From Geobacter sulfurreducens PCA (GTDB taxonomy: Bacteria; Desulfobacterota; Desulfuromonadia; Geobacterales; Geobacteraceae): a DNA stretch of 32,000 nt. This document shows, one piece after another, positions 9,098 through 17,320 of this stretch. Position numbers and translations under genes: made by a program. The stretch lies in assembly GCF_000007985.2 (NCBI RefSeq), contig NC_002939.5, forward strand, positions 1,800,001 to 1,832,000. Reading direction: 5' to 3'. Positions within the stretch are counted from its first letter, which is position 1. Every line of letters starts with the position of its first letter. The notes beneath the pieces are model-generated. The model did no database searches, was not told the origin of the DNA, and was given only the letters and a program-made list of their open reading frames with translations.

Positions 9098-10039
9098 ATG
9101 CCGTTCAGCGAGCCGGGCAAGACGAAATTCCAGGTAGACCTACGCCGTCATCTGCGAAATCAGGATATCAGCGATAACCTCGTGCACCTGATCTGCGAGA
9201 TTGCCGAGGCAAGCAAGTATGTGATCAACGCAGTCCGCACCGGTGATCTCGGCGTGGCCGGTACCTCGAACCTCTACGGTGAGGAGCAGTTGGCCCTGGA
9301 CGTGCTTTCGGACCGGATCATCAGAAAACGGCTCATCCATTCAGGAGTTGTCTGCAACATTGCATCCGAGGAGATGGATGAGATCTTCCAGGCCCAGGCC
9401 GACGCCGACGGTCTCTACTCGGTGGCGTACGATCCCCTCGACGGCTCGTCGCTCGTTGATGTGAATCTTGCCGTGGGAACCATCGTGTCGATTTACGAAG
9501 GGTGCAACCTGCTCCAGAAGGGGCGTAATCAGGTGGCAGCCATGTACATACTCTACGGCCCCCGTGTTTCGCTGGTGTATTCCGTGGGCAAAGGCGTTCA
9601 CGAGTTCACCATGAACCATCTCATGGAGTACACCCTGAGCCGGGAGAACGTCACCATGAAGCCGGACGGAGACATCTACTCCCCTGGCGGACTGCGCAAA
9701 AAGTACCTGCCGGAAACGGAAAAATTCGTGCAGCACCTTGAGAGTAAGGGATCCAAGCTTCGCTATTCGGGCGGCTTTGTGCCCGACATCAACCAGGTAC
9801 TGATGAAAGGGAAGGGTATTTTCATGTATCCTGCCCTCAACGGTTCACCTAACGGCAAACTGCGCGTACTTTTCGAGCTGAACCCCATGGCTTACCTCAT
9901 CGAAAATGCAGGAGGGGCGGCCACTGACGGCAAGACGCCCATCCTCGACATCGAGCCGCAATCTCTCGACCAGCGGGCTCCCATTTTCATTGGTTGCTCC
10001 AATGACGTAGCCACGGCCATGGAGTTCATGGGCGGCTGA
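9098..10039 (+). CDS. fbp: class 1 fructose-1,6-bisphosphatase
   Basis: 313 aa from ATG 9098, with AGGAGG at 9086-9091 and a 6-nt spacing. Metal-site motif AYDPLDGSS plus typical family-wide similarity. Confidence 0.93.
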   Translation: MPFSEPGKTKFQVDLRRHLRNQDISDNLVHLICEIAEASKYVINAVRTGDLGVAGTSNLYGEEQLALDVLSDRIIRKRLIHSGVVCNIASEEMDEIFQAQADADGLYSVAYDPLDGSSLVDVNLAVGTIVSIYEGCNLLQKGRNQVAAMYILYGPRVSLVYSVGKGVHEFTMNHLMEYTLSRENVTMKPDGDIYSPGGLRKKYLPETEKFVQHLESKGSKLRYSGGFVPDINQVLMKGKGIFMYPALNGSPNGKLRVLFELNPMAYLIENAGGAATDGKTPILDIEPQSLDQRAPIFIGCSNDVATAMEFMGG

Positions 10040-10074
10040 TTCATGCCGCAGTTTCAACCAAGAGGGGGATGATC

Positions 10075-10344
10075 ATGGAAGAGAGCCAAAAGCAGCCAAG
10101 ACTCTGTTCGGAGATCCAGCTGTTCGATCTCTGCGAAGTGGGTGCCGCCGATGTGTGCGGTCATCGCGACGGACGTTACTGCACCAAGGGTGACCTGCTG
10201 GCACGGTTTGAGGCCATTGCGGATGATGACCGCTCACCCGAGCAGTATTTCGCCGAGGAACTCGACGATGCTGAAGGCGCCGACGACCTCGGCTATGATG
10301 AAGCGTTCGGCGTTGATGAATACGGCGAAGAGGATGAAGAGTAG
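10075..10344 (+). CDS. small hypothetical protein with an N-terminal 4-Cys motif and an acidic tail
   Basis: The ORF starts at 10069 or 10075. GAGGGGG at 10062-10068 favours ATG 10075. The Cys pattern is C-x8-C-x7-C-x7-C, followed by a D/E-rich tail ending EEDEE. It lies about 30 nt after fbp and is followed by a strong terminator. Confidence 0.6.
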   Translation: MEESQKQPRLCSEIQLFDLCEVGAADVCGHRDGRYCTKGDLLARFEAIADDDRSPEQYFAEELDDAEGADDLGYDEAFGVDEYGEEDEE

Positions 10345-10381
10345 TGTGCTGGTGCAATTGTAAGCATTATGGGGGGCCTGC

Positions 10382-10412
10382 CGATGTCGGAGGCCCCTTT
10401 TTTAGTGGCCGC
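10382..10412 (+). terminator. rho-independent terminator of the fbp / mini-protein unit
   Basis: Stem ggggcct (10382-10388) pairs with aggcccc (10400-10406), followed by a T6 run (10407-10412). Confidence 0.8.
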
Positions 10413-10486
10413 GTGCAACTTCTTGTAATTGTTGAATATTGTAATTAAGTGATAAATGCGGATCCAATGCATTGTATGGAGGGAGT

Positions 10487-11923
10487 ATGGGGACCAAACT
10501 TCTGGTACTCGACGACGATTCGGTGGTTCTTGAACAACTGAAGCAGGTCTTCGGCGCCGAAGGCTATGAAGTCTTTACCGTCAGCCAGGATCGGGAGGCC
10601 TATCGCATCATCGCTGCTGAACATCCGAACGTGGCCATCATCGATCTGAACCTTGAGGGCGCCTCGGGGCTCGATGTGCTGCGTGAGGCGAAACGGCTCG
10701 ACCATGCCCTCGCCGTAATCATCACCACCGGCTCCCGGGCCACCCGCAATGCCATAGAGGCCATGCGGCAGGGAGCCTACGATTACATTATCAAGCCGTT
10801 CAACCTGCCGGCTCTGACCGAGACGGTCCGCAAGGCCGTCGAATGCAACCTCATGACCCGGACGGTCCGCTTCACCGGTGGCGGCGGCGGTATCGACGAC
10901 GATGTCGATTATGAAGACGTGATGATCGGGTCTTCGCCGGAGATGCTCGAAGTCTGGAAGATGGTCGGGAGGGTCGCCGATTCGGATGCATCGGTGCTGA
11001 TTCAGGGGGAGAGCGGTACCGGCAAGGAGCTTCTCGCCCGAGCCATTTACCACTATTCACGTCGGCGCCACCGTCCGTTTCTTGCGGTCAACTGTGCGGC
11101 TCTGCCCGAAACGCTGCTTGAAAGCGAACTGTTCGGCCACGAAAAGGGTGCCTTCACCGATGCCCACTCGCGTCGCATCGGCAAGTTCGAACAGTGCAAC
11201 GGCGGAACGATTTTTCTCGATGAAGTGGCGGAGATGAGCCTCGCCAACCAGGGGAAGCTCCTGCGGGTGCTTGAGAACCAGGAGTTCGAGAGGGTGGGGG
11301 GGAACGAGACGGTTCGGGTCGACGTGCGCGTGCTCACTGCCACTAATCGCAGCCTAGTGCAGGCCGTGAAGGAAAAAGCCTTCCGTCTCGACCTCCTCTA
11401 TCGTCTGCGCGTGGTCTCGTTCTACCTGCCGCCCCTGCGGGAGCGGGTCGAGGACGTCCCCCTTCTGACTGATTTGTTCATCAAGACCTTTTCCCGGAAA
11501 CACGGCAAGAAGATCAAAGGAATCGCCCCCAGGGCACTGGAGATGCTGAAGGTGGGACATTGGGAAGGAAACATCCGCGAGCTGAAAAATGTCATCAATT
11601 CGGCAACTGTCCTCTGCAAGGGAGACTTTCTCATGCCCGAGGACTTCGCGCCACTACTGCCCGCTGCCGTGTTGCCGCGAAAGGTCGAGGGAGGTGTGGG
11701 TGACGATTACTTCGGATTTTTCAGGAAGGTTCTAGAGCCGGAGTTTGATACCCTGTGCCGGAAGAGCAAAGGGGCCGTGTTCGAAACCGTCAGCAGTAGT
11801 CTGCAGGGAGCATTGATCCGGCTGGCCCTTGAACGATGCGGCAACAATCAGGTAGTGGCGGCCCGCCTTCTCGGCATAAGTAGAAATACCCTACGCGACC
11901 GATTGGCCCGCTCGGAAGGGTGA
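10487..11923 (+). CDS. sigma-54-dependent Fis-family response regulator (NtrC class)
   Basis: REC domain (VAIIDLNLEG). AAA+ domain with Walker A GESGTGKE, a GAFTDA loop and an ESELFGHEKG motif. C-terminal Fis-type HTH (AARLLGISRNTLRDRL). GGAGGGAG lies just upstream of ATG 10487. Confidence 0.9.
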   Translation: MGTKLLVLDDDSVVLEQLKQVFGAEGYEVFTVSQDREAYRIIAAEHPNVAIIDLNLEGASGLDVLREAKRLDHALAVIITTGSRATRNAIEAMRQGAYDYIIKPFNLPALTETVRKAVECNLMTRTVRFTGGGGGIDDDVDYEDVMIGSSPEMLEVWKMVGRVADSDASVLIQGESGTGKELLARAIYHYSRRRHRPFLAVNCAALPETLLESELFGHEKGAFTDAHSRRIGKFEQCNGGTIFLDEVAEMSLANQGKLLRVLENQEFERVGGNETVRVDVRVLTATNRSLVQAVKEKAFRLDLLYRLRVVSFYLPPLRERVEDVPLLTDLFIKTFSRKHGKKIKGIAPRALEMLKVGHWEGNIRELKNVINSATVLCKGDFLMPEDFAPLLPAAVLPRKVEGGVGDDYFGFFRKVLEPEFDTLCRKSKGAVFETVSSSLQGALIRLALERCGNNQVVAARLLGISRNTLRDRLARSEG

Positions 11924-12029
11924 CAGCCGGTATCGCCGGTGGTTGGTCACGAGTCGTACGGGCGGTCCGTTGCGCTAAGGGGCTCGCGTTGCAGGTTCCG
12001 GGATGATCTGGGACTATGCGGGACTTCCC

Positions 12030-13079
12030 CTAGTCAAGAAACAGCCGCTTGCCCGCCTTTTCCCATTTATCCTTTGGAATGGACAGGAACGTAGCGGCAA
12101 TCGAGGGGTCGAACTGACTGCCGATGCAGCGCTCGACTTCGGCCAACACTGCGGAAAACGGCAGTGCCCTGCGGTAGGGCCTGTCCGAGGTCATGGCGTC
12201 AAGAGTGTCCACCAGGGAGAATATCCGGGCGCCGAGCGGGATTTCGCTTCCGCGCAACCCTTTTGGGTAGCCGGTTCCGTCGTAACGCTCATGGTGGGCG
12301 TAGACCACTTCCGCCGGAGCCTTGAGGAACTTGATCCCTGAGAGGATGTCGTATCCCATCTGCGGGTGCTGTTTCATGTGGCGCCATTCAACTTCGTCGA
12401 GTTTTGCCGGTTTGAGCAGTATGTTGTCTGAGACGCCAATCTTGCCGATGTCGTGCAGGAGCGCCCCCCGGGCCATGATTGCCACCTCTGCAGCACGAAT
12501 TCCCATGGTTTCCGCAAGGAGAATCGTGTAGTTCATGACTCGTTCCGAGTGGGAGCCGGTTTCCTTTTCGCGGGCATCCAGAGCACGCACGAGCGTTGTG
12601 AGCGTGTGGTCGTAGGTGAGGTTGAGTTCCTCCATGGCCGAGCGGATTTGTCCCGTCTGTTCCAGAACCTTTTTCTCAAGATTTGCTTGGTACTCCCGGT
12701 TCTCAATCAGCAGGCGCTGCTTTTCCAGGGAGTTTTTGATGGTGAGCAGAACCCGCTCGATGTCGAAGGGTTTCAGAATGTAGTCATCGGCGCCCAGGTG
12801 GATGCAGCGCATGGCCGTTTCCATGTCGCTGATGGCGGTTACCATCAGCACAACCGTGTCAGCACTGATCTTCTTTATTTCCTTGAGCAAATCGACCCCG
12901 GATGTGCCGGGCATCATGATATCCAGCAGGGCGAGTTCCACCCGGTTGTTCAGCAACACATCCCGCGCTTCGTCGGCACTTCCGGCCTGGAAACAGTCGT
13001 AGCCCTCGCGGGACAGCGCCGTCACCAGCAGGTCCCTGATCATCTCCTCATCGTCGACCGTCAGGATTGTGGCTTTCAT
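12030..13079 (-). CDS. response regulator receiver + HD-GYP c-di-GMP phosphodiesterase
   Basis: REC domain (LALLDIMMPGTSG), HD motif (LLHDIGKIG) and GYP motif (HHERYDGTGYPKG). ATG 13079 is preceded by GGAGGG and lies 28 nt after the kinase stop. Confidence 0.9.
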   Translation of the reverse strand: MKATILTVDDEEMIRDLLVTALSREGYDCFQAGSADEARDVLLNNRVELALLDIMMPGTSGVDLLKEIKKISADTVVLMVTAISDMETAMRCIHLGADDYILKPFDIERVLLTIKNSLEKQRLLIENREYQANLEKKVLEQTGQIRSAMEELNLTYDHTLTTLVRALDAREKETGSHSERVMNYTILLAETMGIRAAEVAIMARGALLHDIGKIGVSDNILLKPAKLDEVEWRHMKQHPQMGYDILSGIKFLKAPAEVVYAHHERYDGTGYPKGLRGSEIPLGARIFSLVDTLDAMTSDRPYRRALPFSAVLAEVERCIGSQFDPSIAATFLSIPKDKWEKAGKRLFLD

Positions 13080-13107
13080 GTGGTTTCCCTCCTGTATGCC
13101 GGTATAA

Positions 13108-15582
13108 TCACGAAACAGTGCCGAGCAATTCGCGAACTTTTCCGGCCAGCGCATCGGGGGTGAACGGCTTCATGATGAAGGAAGTCCGTTCATCCGACGC
13201 CTCGCTTGGTATTGCGGTATCATCAGTATACCCCGACATGAACAATATTTTGAGATCCTCTCGCTGCCCTCTGAGGTTTTCTGCCAGGAGGGGGCCGCTC
13301 ATCCCCGGCATGATCACGTCGGTCACAAGGAGGCAGATCCGCTCCCGGTTGCGGCTGAATATCTCCATGGCTTCAACGGGGGATGCCGTACTGAACACCC
13401 GGTAGCCACGGGCAGAGAGGGTGTGGACCACAAGATTGAGGACACCTTCCTCATCTTCGACCACAAGAACCGATTCAGACCCCAGCATCTCAGGCGCGTC
13501 ATCCAGCAGGATGTCCCCCTCGCTTTTGCCCTGGACGCGCGGGAGAAAAACCCGGAACGATGATCCCTTACCCGGCTGACTCAACACCTGAATGTAACCG
13601 TCGCTTTGCTTCACGATACCATAGACCGTCGCAAGGCCTAATCCGGTTCCCTTGCCCTGAGCCTTGGTAGTGAAAAACGGTTCAAAAACCTTGCGCCGCA
13701 CTTCCTCCGACATGCCGATGCCGGTATCTGTTACGGTGAGCATGATGTAGCGCCCCGGGACTGCCCCGGGATTGTTCAGGGCGAATGCGCCGTCCAGCTC
13801 CACATTCGCTGTTTCTATTGTAAGAATGCCTCCCTCCTCCATGGCGTCGCGGGCATTGACCACAAGGTTCATGATGATCTGCTCGACCTGGCCCGGATCT
13901 GCCTTTACGGTCCCAAGCTGTTCGGCAAGGCGGGTCGTGAGGATGATATTCTCTCGTATGAGCCGTTTCAGCATCTTTTCGACGTTTTTCACAAGAAGAT
14001 TGATGTCGATGTATTTGGGCTCGAGGATTTGGCGCCGGCTGAAGGCGAGGAGCTGATGAGTGAGGTCCGCCGCCCGCTCGCCGGCTTGGAGAATATGCTC
14101 GACTTCAACCTTGAACGGTGAGTCGTTGGGCATCTCATGGATCAGGAGGGTGCTGTACCCGTTGATGACCGTCAGCAGGTTGTTAAAGTCATGGGCAATC
14201 CCGCCGGCGAGCTGGCCGATCGCCTCCATTTTTTGCGCTTGGCGAAGCTGATCCATGGCCTTTTTATGCTCGATCTCAGCCCTGGCGCTATGGAGTGCAA
14301 GCGCTGCAGTCTGGGCGAATGCCTCGATTTCCCGGCGCTCCATGTCAGTAAAGCCATCCGGCCGGTCAGTGAGCCCGATCATACCGACGACCCGGCTGCC
14401 CACCTTGAGCGGGGTGCCGAGAAAGGAATTGATCTGGCCGAGGTTCCCGCTGTCGCGGCAAATGAGATGATCCAGGGTTGTGGGGTTGTTGGTGAGAACC
14501 GTCGTGCCGGCCTTGACCGGCTCAAACAGGAGGCCGTCACTAGGGGTGACGAGAAAAAAACCTTCACGCTCGATATGTCCCTTTACCTGGGCACAGAGTC
14601 CACCGGCAGGCACGGCCGCCGTGGACGAGACGGCGAGAATACGTGCGTCGCCGCCGAACACCAGTTCGTACAAAAAGCCGAAGGACGCATTGGTGATCTC
14701 TACGCAGCGGTCAACCAGTATCTGGGCCATCTTGCTGATGTTTTCGGTTTCCAGGAAGCAGAGGCTCGCAGACGCCATGGCCTCGGAGAGCTTCCAGCTG
14801 CGGAGTTCCGCTTCCTTGGTCCTGCGTTGCTCCGTGATGTCCTCCTTGATGCCGACGAAATGAGTGATTGTGCCGGTTTCGTCTTTTATGGCGGAAATGG
14901 AGGCCCGCTCCCAGAAAAGTTGGCCGTTTTTCTTTTTGTTGAGGAATTCACCGTGCCATTCGTGCCCTGCCTTGATGGATTGCCAGAGGCGTTGGTATTC
15001 CTCTGCCGGGGTTTCTCCCGATTTTAAGATGCGGGGATTCTGACCAATGGCCTCGTGGGAATCATATCCGGTCAGTTTGCTGAATTTCGGGTTAACATAT
15101 TCGATGGTGCCTTCCCGATCAGTAATGACAATTGAAACAGGGCTCTGTTCAACGGCGTGGTAAAGCTTGCGGAGCTCTTCTTCTGCCCGCCTTTTCTGCC
15201 GGCGGACCGACAATTCATTTAGTTCCCGGTGTATGGCCGGCACCAGGCGGGCAAGGTTGTCTTTGAGTATGTAGTCGCTTGCCCCGGCGCGCATGGTCTC
15301 AACCGCCGAATCTTCACCCAGCTTGCCGGAGACGATGATGATCGGGATATCCTTGTTGAGTTTCTTCAGCAGGGCAATGGCATCAAGTCCGCTAAACTGG
15401 GGCATGAAATAGTCGGAGACTATTACGTCCCATGGCTCAGCCTCAATCACGGAGCTCATGCCGCTGGGGGTGTCCACGCGCACGAATTCGGTCGCAAAGC
15501 TGCGATTAAGTTCCCTGAGGATCAGCTCGGCATCCAGGGAAGAGTCATCAACGATCACCACGCGAAGAGGTGGCAACTCCAT
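13108..15582 (-). CDS. hybrid sensor histidine kinase (REC-PAS-GAF-HisKA-HATPase-REC)
   Basis: 824 aa. N-terminal REC (VIVSDYFMPQF), PAS, GAF-like region, H-box IAHDFNNLL, N box NLVVNARDAM, G boxes DTGIGM and GTGLGL, and C-terminal REC (LLVTDVIMPGMSG). Confidence 0.92.
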   Translation of the reverse strand: MELPPLRVVIVDDSSLDAELILRELNRSFATEFVRVDTPSGMSSVIEAEPWDVIVSDYFMPQFSGLDAIALLKKLNKDIPIIIVSGKLGEDSAVETMRAGASDYILKDNLARLVPAIHRELNELSVRRQKRRAEEELRKLYHAVEQSPVSIVITDREGTIEYVNPKFSKLTGYDSHEAIGQNPRILKSGETPAEEYQRLWQSIKAGHEWHGEFLNKKKNGQLFWERASISAIKDETGTITHFVGIKEDITEQRRTKEAELRSWKLSEAMASASLCFLETENISKMAQILVDRCVEITNASFGFLYELVFGGDARILAVSSTAAVPAGGLCAQVKGHIEREGFFLVTPSDGLLFEPVKAGTTVLTNNPTTLDHLICRDSGNLGQINSFLGTPLKVGSRVVGMIGLTDRPDGFTDMERREIEAFAQTAALALHSARAEIEHKKAMDQLRQAQKMEAIGQLAGGIAHDFNNLLTVINGYSTLLIHEMPNDSPFKVEVEHILQAGERAADLTHQLLAFSRRQILEPKYIDINLLVKNVEKMLKRLIRENIILTTRLAEQLGTVKADPGQVEQIIMNLVVNARDAMEEGGILTIETANVELDGAFALNNPGAVPGRYIMLTVTDTGIGMSEEVRRKVFEPFFTTKAQGKGTGLGLATVYGIVKQSDGYIQVLSQPGKGSSFRVFLPRVQGKSEGDILLDDAPEMLGSESVLVVEDEEGVLNLVVHTLSARGYRVFSTASPVEAMEIFSRNRERICLLVTDVIMPGMSGPLLAENLRGQREDLKILFMSGYTDDTAIPSEASDERTSFIMKPFTPDALAGKVRELLGTVS

Positions 15583-15732
15583 AATTCGTGCTCCGTTTCG
15601 GTGAACAATCCCGGAATGGACTGCTTCTTAATGTCTCATCGGCAAAAATCAGGATACGTTTAGCACTGTCGATCCATTTGTATGGCCCAACAGCTGTCTA
15701 TTTAACGGGGAAGGAGACAGCATGAGTGCAAT

Positions 15733-17007
15733 TTATGCAGGTAATACGCAGCATTTTTTAAACTTATTCTCGTACATTCTACGGTCGGCAAGCTTGAGTA
15801 CCTCTTCGAGGCGGTCGCCCTTGCTGGCCGTTGCAGCGCCGAAAGAGATACTGAGGGGAACAGGATGGTCTTCCGTCTGGCTCTGCTCTATTTTGCCAAT
15901 CACTCTTCGCAGGGCTTCCTGCACTACATCGGCGTCTGCTGAGGGAAGGAGAACGGCGAATTCGTCTCCTCCTATTCTCGCCACCACGTCTTCGGCACGG
16001 AAGGCGCCTTTGAGCACCAAGGCAGCTCGAATCAGCAATTCGTCCCCCGCAGCGTGTCCCTGGCTGTCATTGACGTATTTCAGCCGGTCCACGTCAAATA
16101 CGACTACGCTGACCGGGAATTGCCTTCCCTGCTCAAGTCGCTCCATTTCTTCCTGAAAATAGGCTCGGTTGTAAAGTCCCGTCAGTGTGTCGTGGGTGCT
16201 CATGTAACGAAGTCTTTCCTCAGTCTGCTTCCTTTCGGTAATGTCGAGGATGGTCCCTACAAGGCCGCCGATGTTTTTTTCTGTTGTGGTGAACGTGGCT
16301 TTATAAAAGATCACGTCATGGAGTGCACCGTCGGCAAAGGATATGACACTCTCGTAGATCTGGATGCCACCGTGCTCGAACAGCTCCCTGTCCGCACTGT
16401 CAGTGTGCTTTGCGAGCGAGGGGGGCATCAGGTCATAGATTGTCTTCCCGACGATTTCATCCTGAGTGTGGCCCGAAAATGCCTCGAACGCCTTGTTGCA
16501 GCCAAGGAAAATTCCCGTGGTATCCATGAAGTAGATAGGGGCGGGAATGGCGTCAATCAGCGCCTGTCGGAAGTGGAGTTGTTCGCGGAGTTCGTGGTCG
16601 GTCCGACGTTGTTCCTGCCGGATCACGGCTTCGCGGAGTTCTCGGCGGATAGCGGGGATCAGGCGGGTATAATCGCCCTTCATGATATAGTCATGAGCGC
16701 CGGCTTTCATCGCTTTAACCGCTTCAAATTCCCCGATTTTGCCCGAAACGATGATGAAGGGGATATCCAGGTTCATGCTCTGGATGAGGGTTAAGGCAGC
16801 CAAGGCATCGAATTGTGGCATGAAATAATCCGACAATACGATATCCCATCTCTTTTCGCAGAGATTGGCGCGGAGCGACTCTTCCGAATCAACCCGCTCG
16901 GGGACGATATCGAACTCGCGCTTGAGAGCTCTCACGAGGAGGAAGTAATCATCTTCCGAGTCTTCAAGTATGAGTACACGAAGCGGAGGGGGCAAAAAAG
17001 ACTCCAT
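15733..17007 (-). CDS. response regulator receiver + PAS + GGDEF diguanylate cyclase
   Basis: REC domain (IVLSDYFMPQF), PAS domain, and GGDEF domain with DVDRLKYVNDSQGHAAGD, I-site RAED and an intact GGDEF. I chose ATG 17007 (MESFLPPPLRVLILED). An alternative upstream start at 17064 cannot be excluded, and neither has a strong RBS. Confidence 0.88.
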   Translation of the reverse strand: MESFLPPPLRVLILEDSEDDYFLLVRALKREFDIVPERVDSEESLRANLCEKRWDIVLSDYFMPQFDALAALTLIQSMNLDIPFIIVSGKIGEFEAVKAMKAGAHDYIMKGDYTRLIPAIRRELREAVIRQEQRRTDHELREQLHFRQALIDAIPAPIYFMDTTGIFLGCNKAFEAFSGHTQDEIVGKTIYDLMPPSLAKHTDSADRELFEHGGIQIYESVISFADGALHDVIFYKATFTTTEKNIGGLVGTILDITERKQTEERLRYMSTHDTLTGLYNRAYFQEEMERLEQGRQFPVSVVVFDVDRLKYVNDSQGHAAGDELLIRAALVLKGAFRAEDVVARIGGDEFAVLLPSADADVVQEALRRVIGKIEQSQTEDHPVPLSISFGAATASKGDRLEEVLKLADRRMYENKFKKCCVLPA

Positions 17008-17320
17008 GGTGCCTGAGTCCGGCACTGGCGACACGCTGCAAATGACTTCTGATATCCCACGCATTTTCTTTATGTATATAGTAATAACATTCCAATGCCA
17101 ATTGGCAAATGGAGGAAGCTGTGCTATAAGGTGCCAAAATTACCCAAAACTTTCAAGGGAGTAGCCCGTGTCTTGTGTGATGAACCCTGTTTGTCACAAA
17201 AATACTGCGATGACTGCCGCCGCGAGTGAGGTGCTCATGGCGGCACGTGCCGTTGCCAAGCCAGTTTCCCTCCTCATGCATCCGTTCGGCACGGTGCGGG
17301 GCGGCCGGTAGGGATATCGA

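Noticed and set aside
12453-16794. Plus-strand ORFs of 236, 296 and 246 aa (12453-13163, 14137-15027, 16054-16794) opposite the HD-GYP, kinase and GGDEF genes.
   Set aside because: All are antisense to genes with complete catalytic motifs, and none has a domain signature or RBS.
17122-17136. A sigma54-like element on the minus strand (TGGCACCTTATAGCA) upstream of the REC-PAS-GGDEF gene.
   Set aside because: The GG-to-GC spacing is one nucleotide short of the strict TGGCAC-N5-TTGC geometry, and the -12 box reads AGCA. A similar off-by-one candidate upstream of the Rieske operon (TGGTTGCACCAAGC, about 8774-8787 on the minus strand) was rejected for the same reason.
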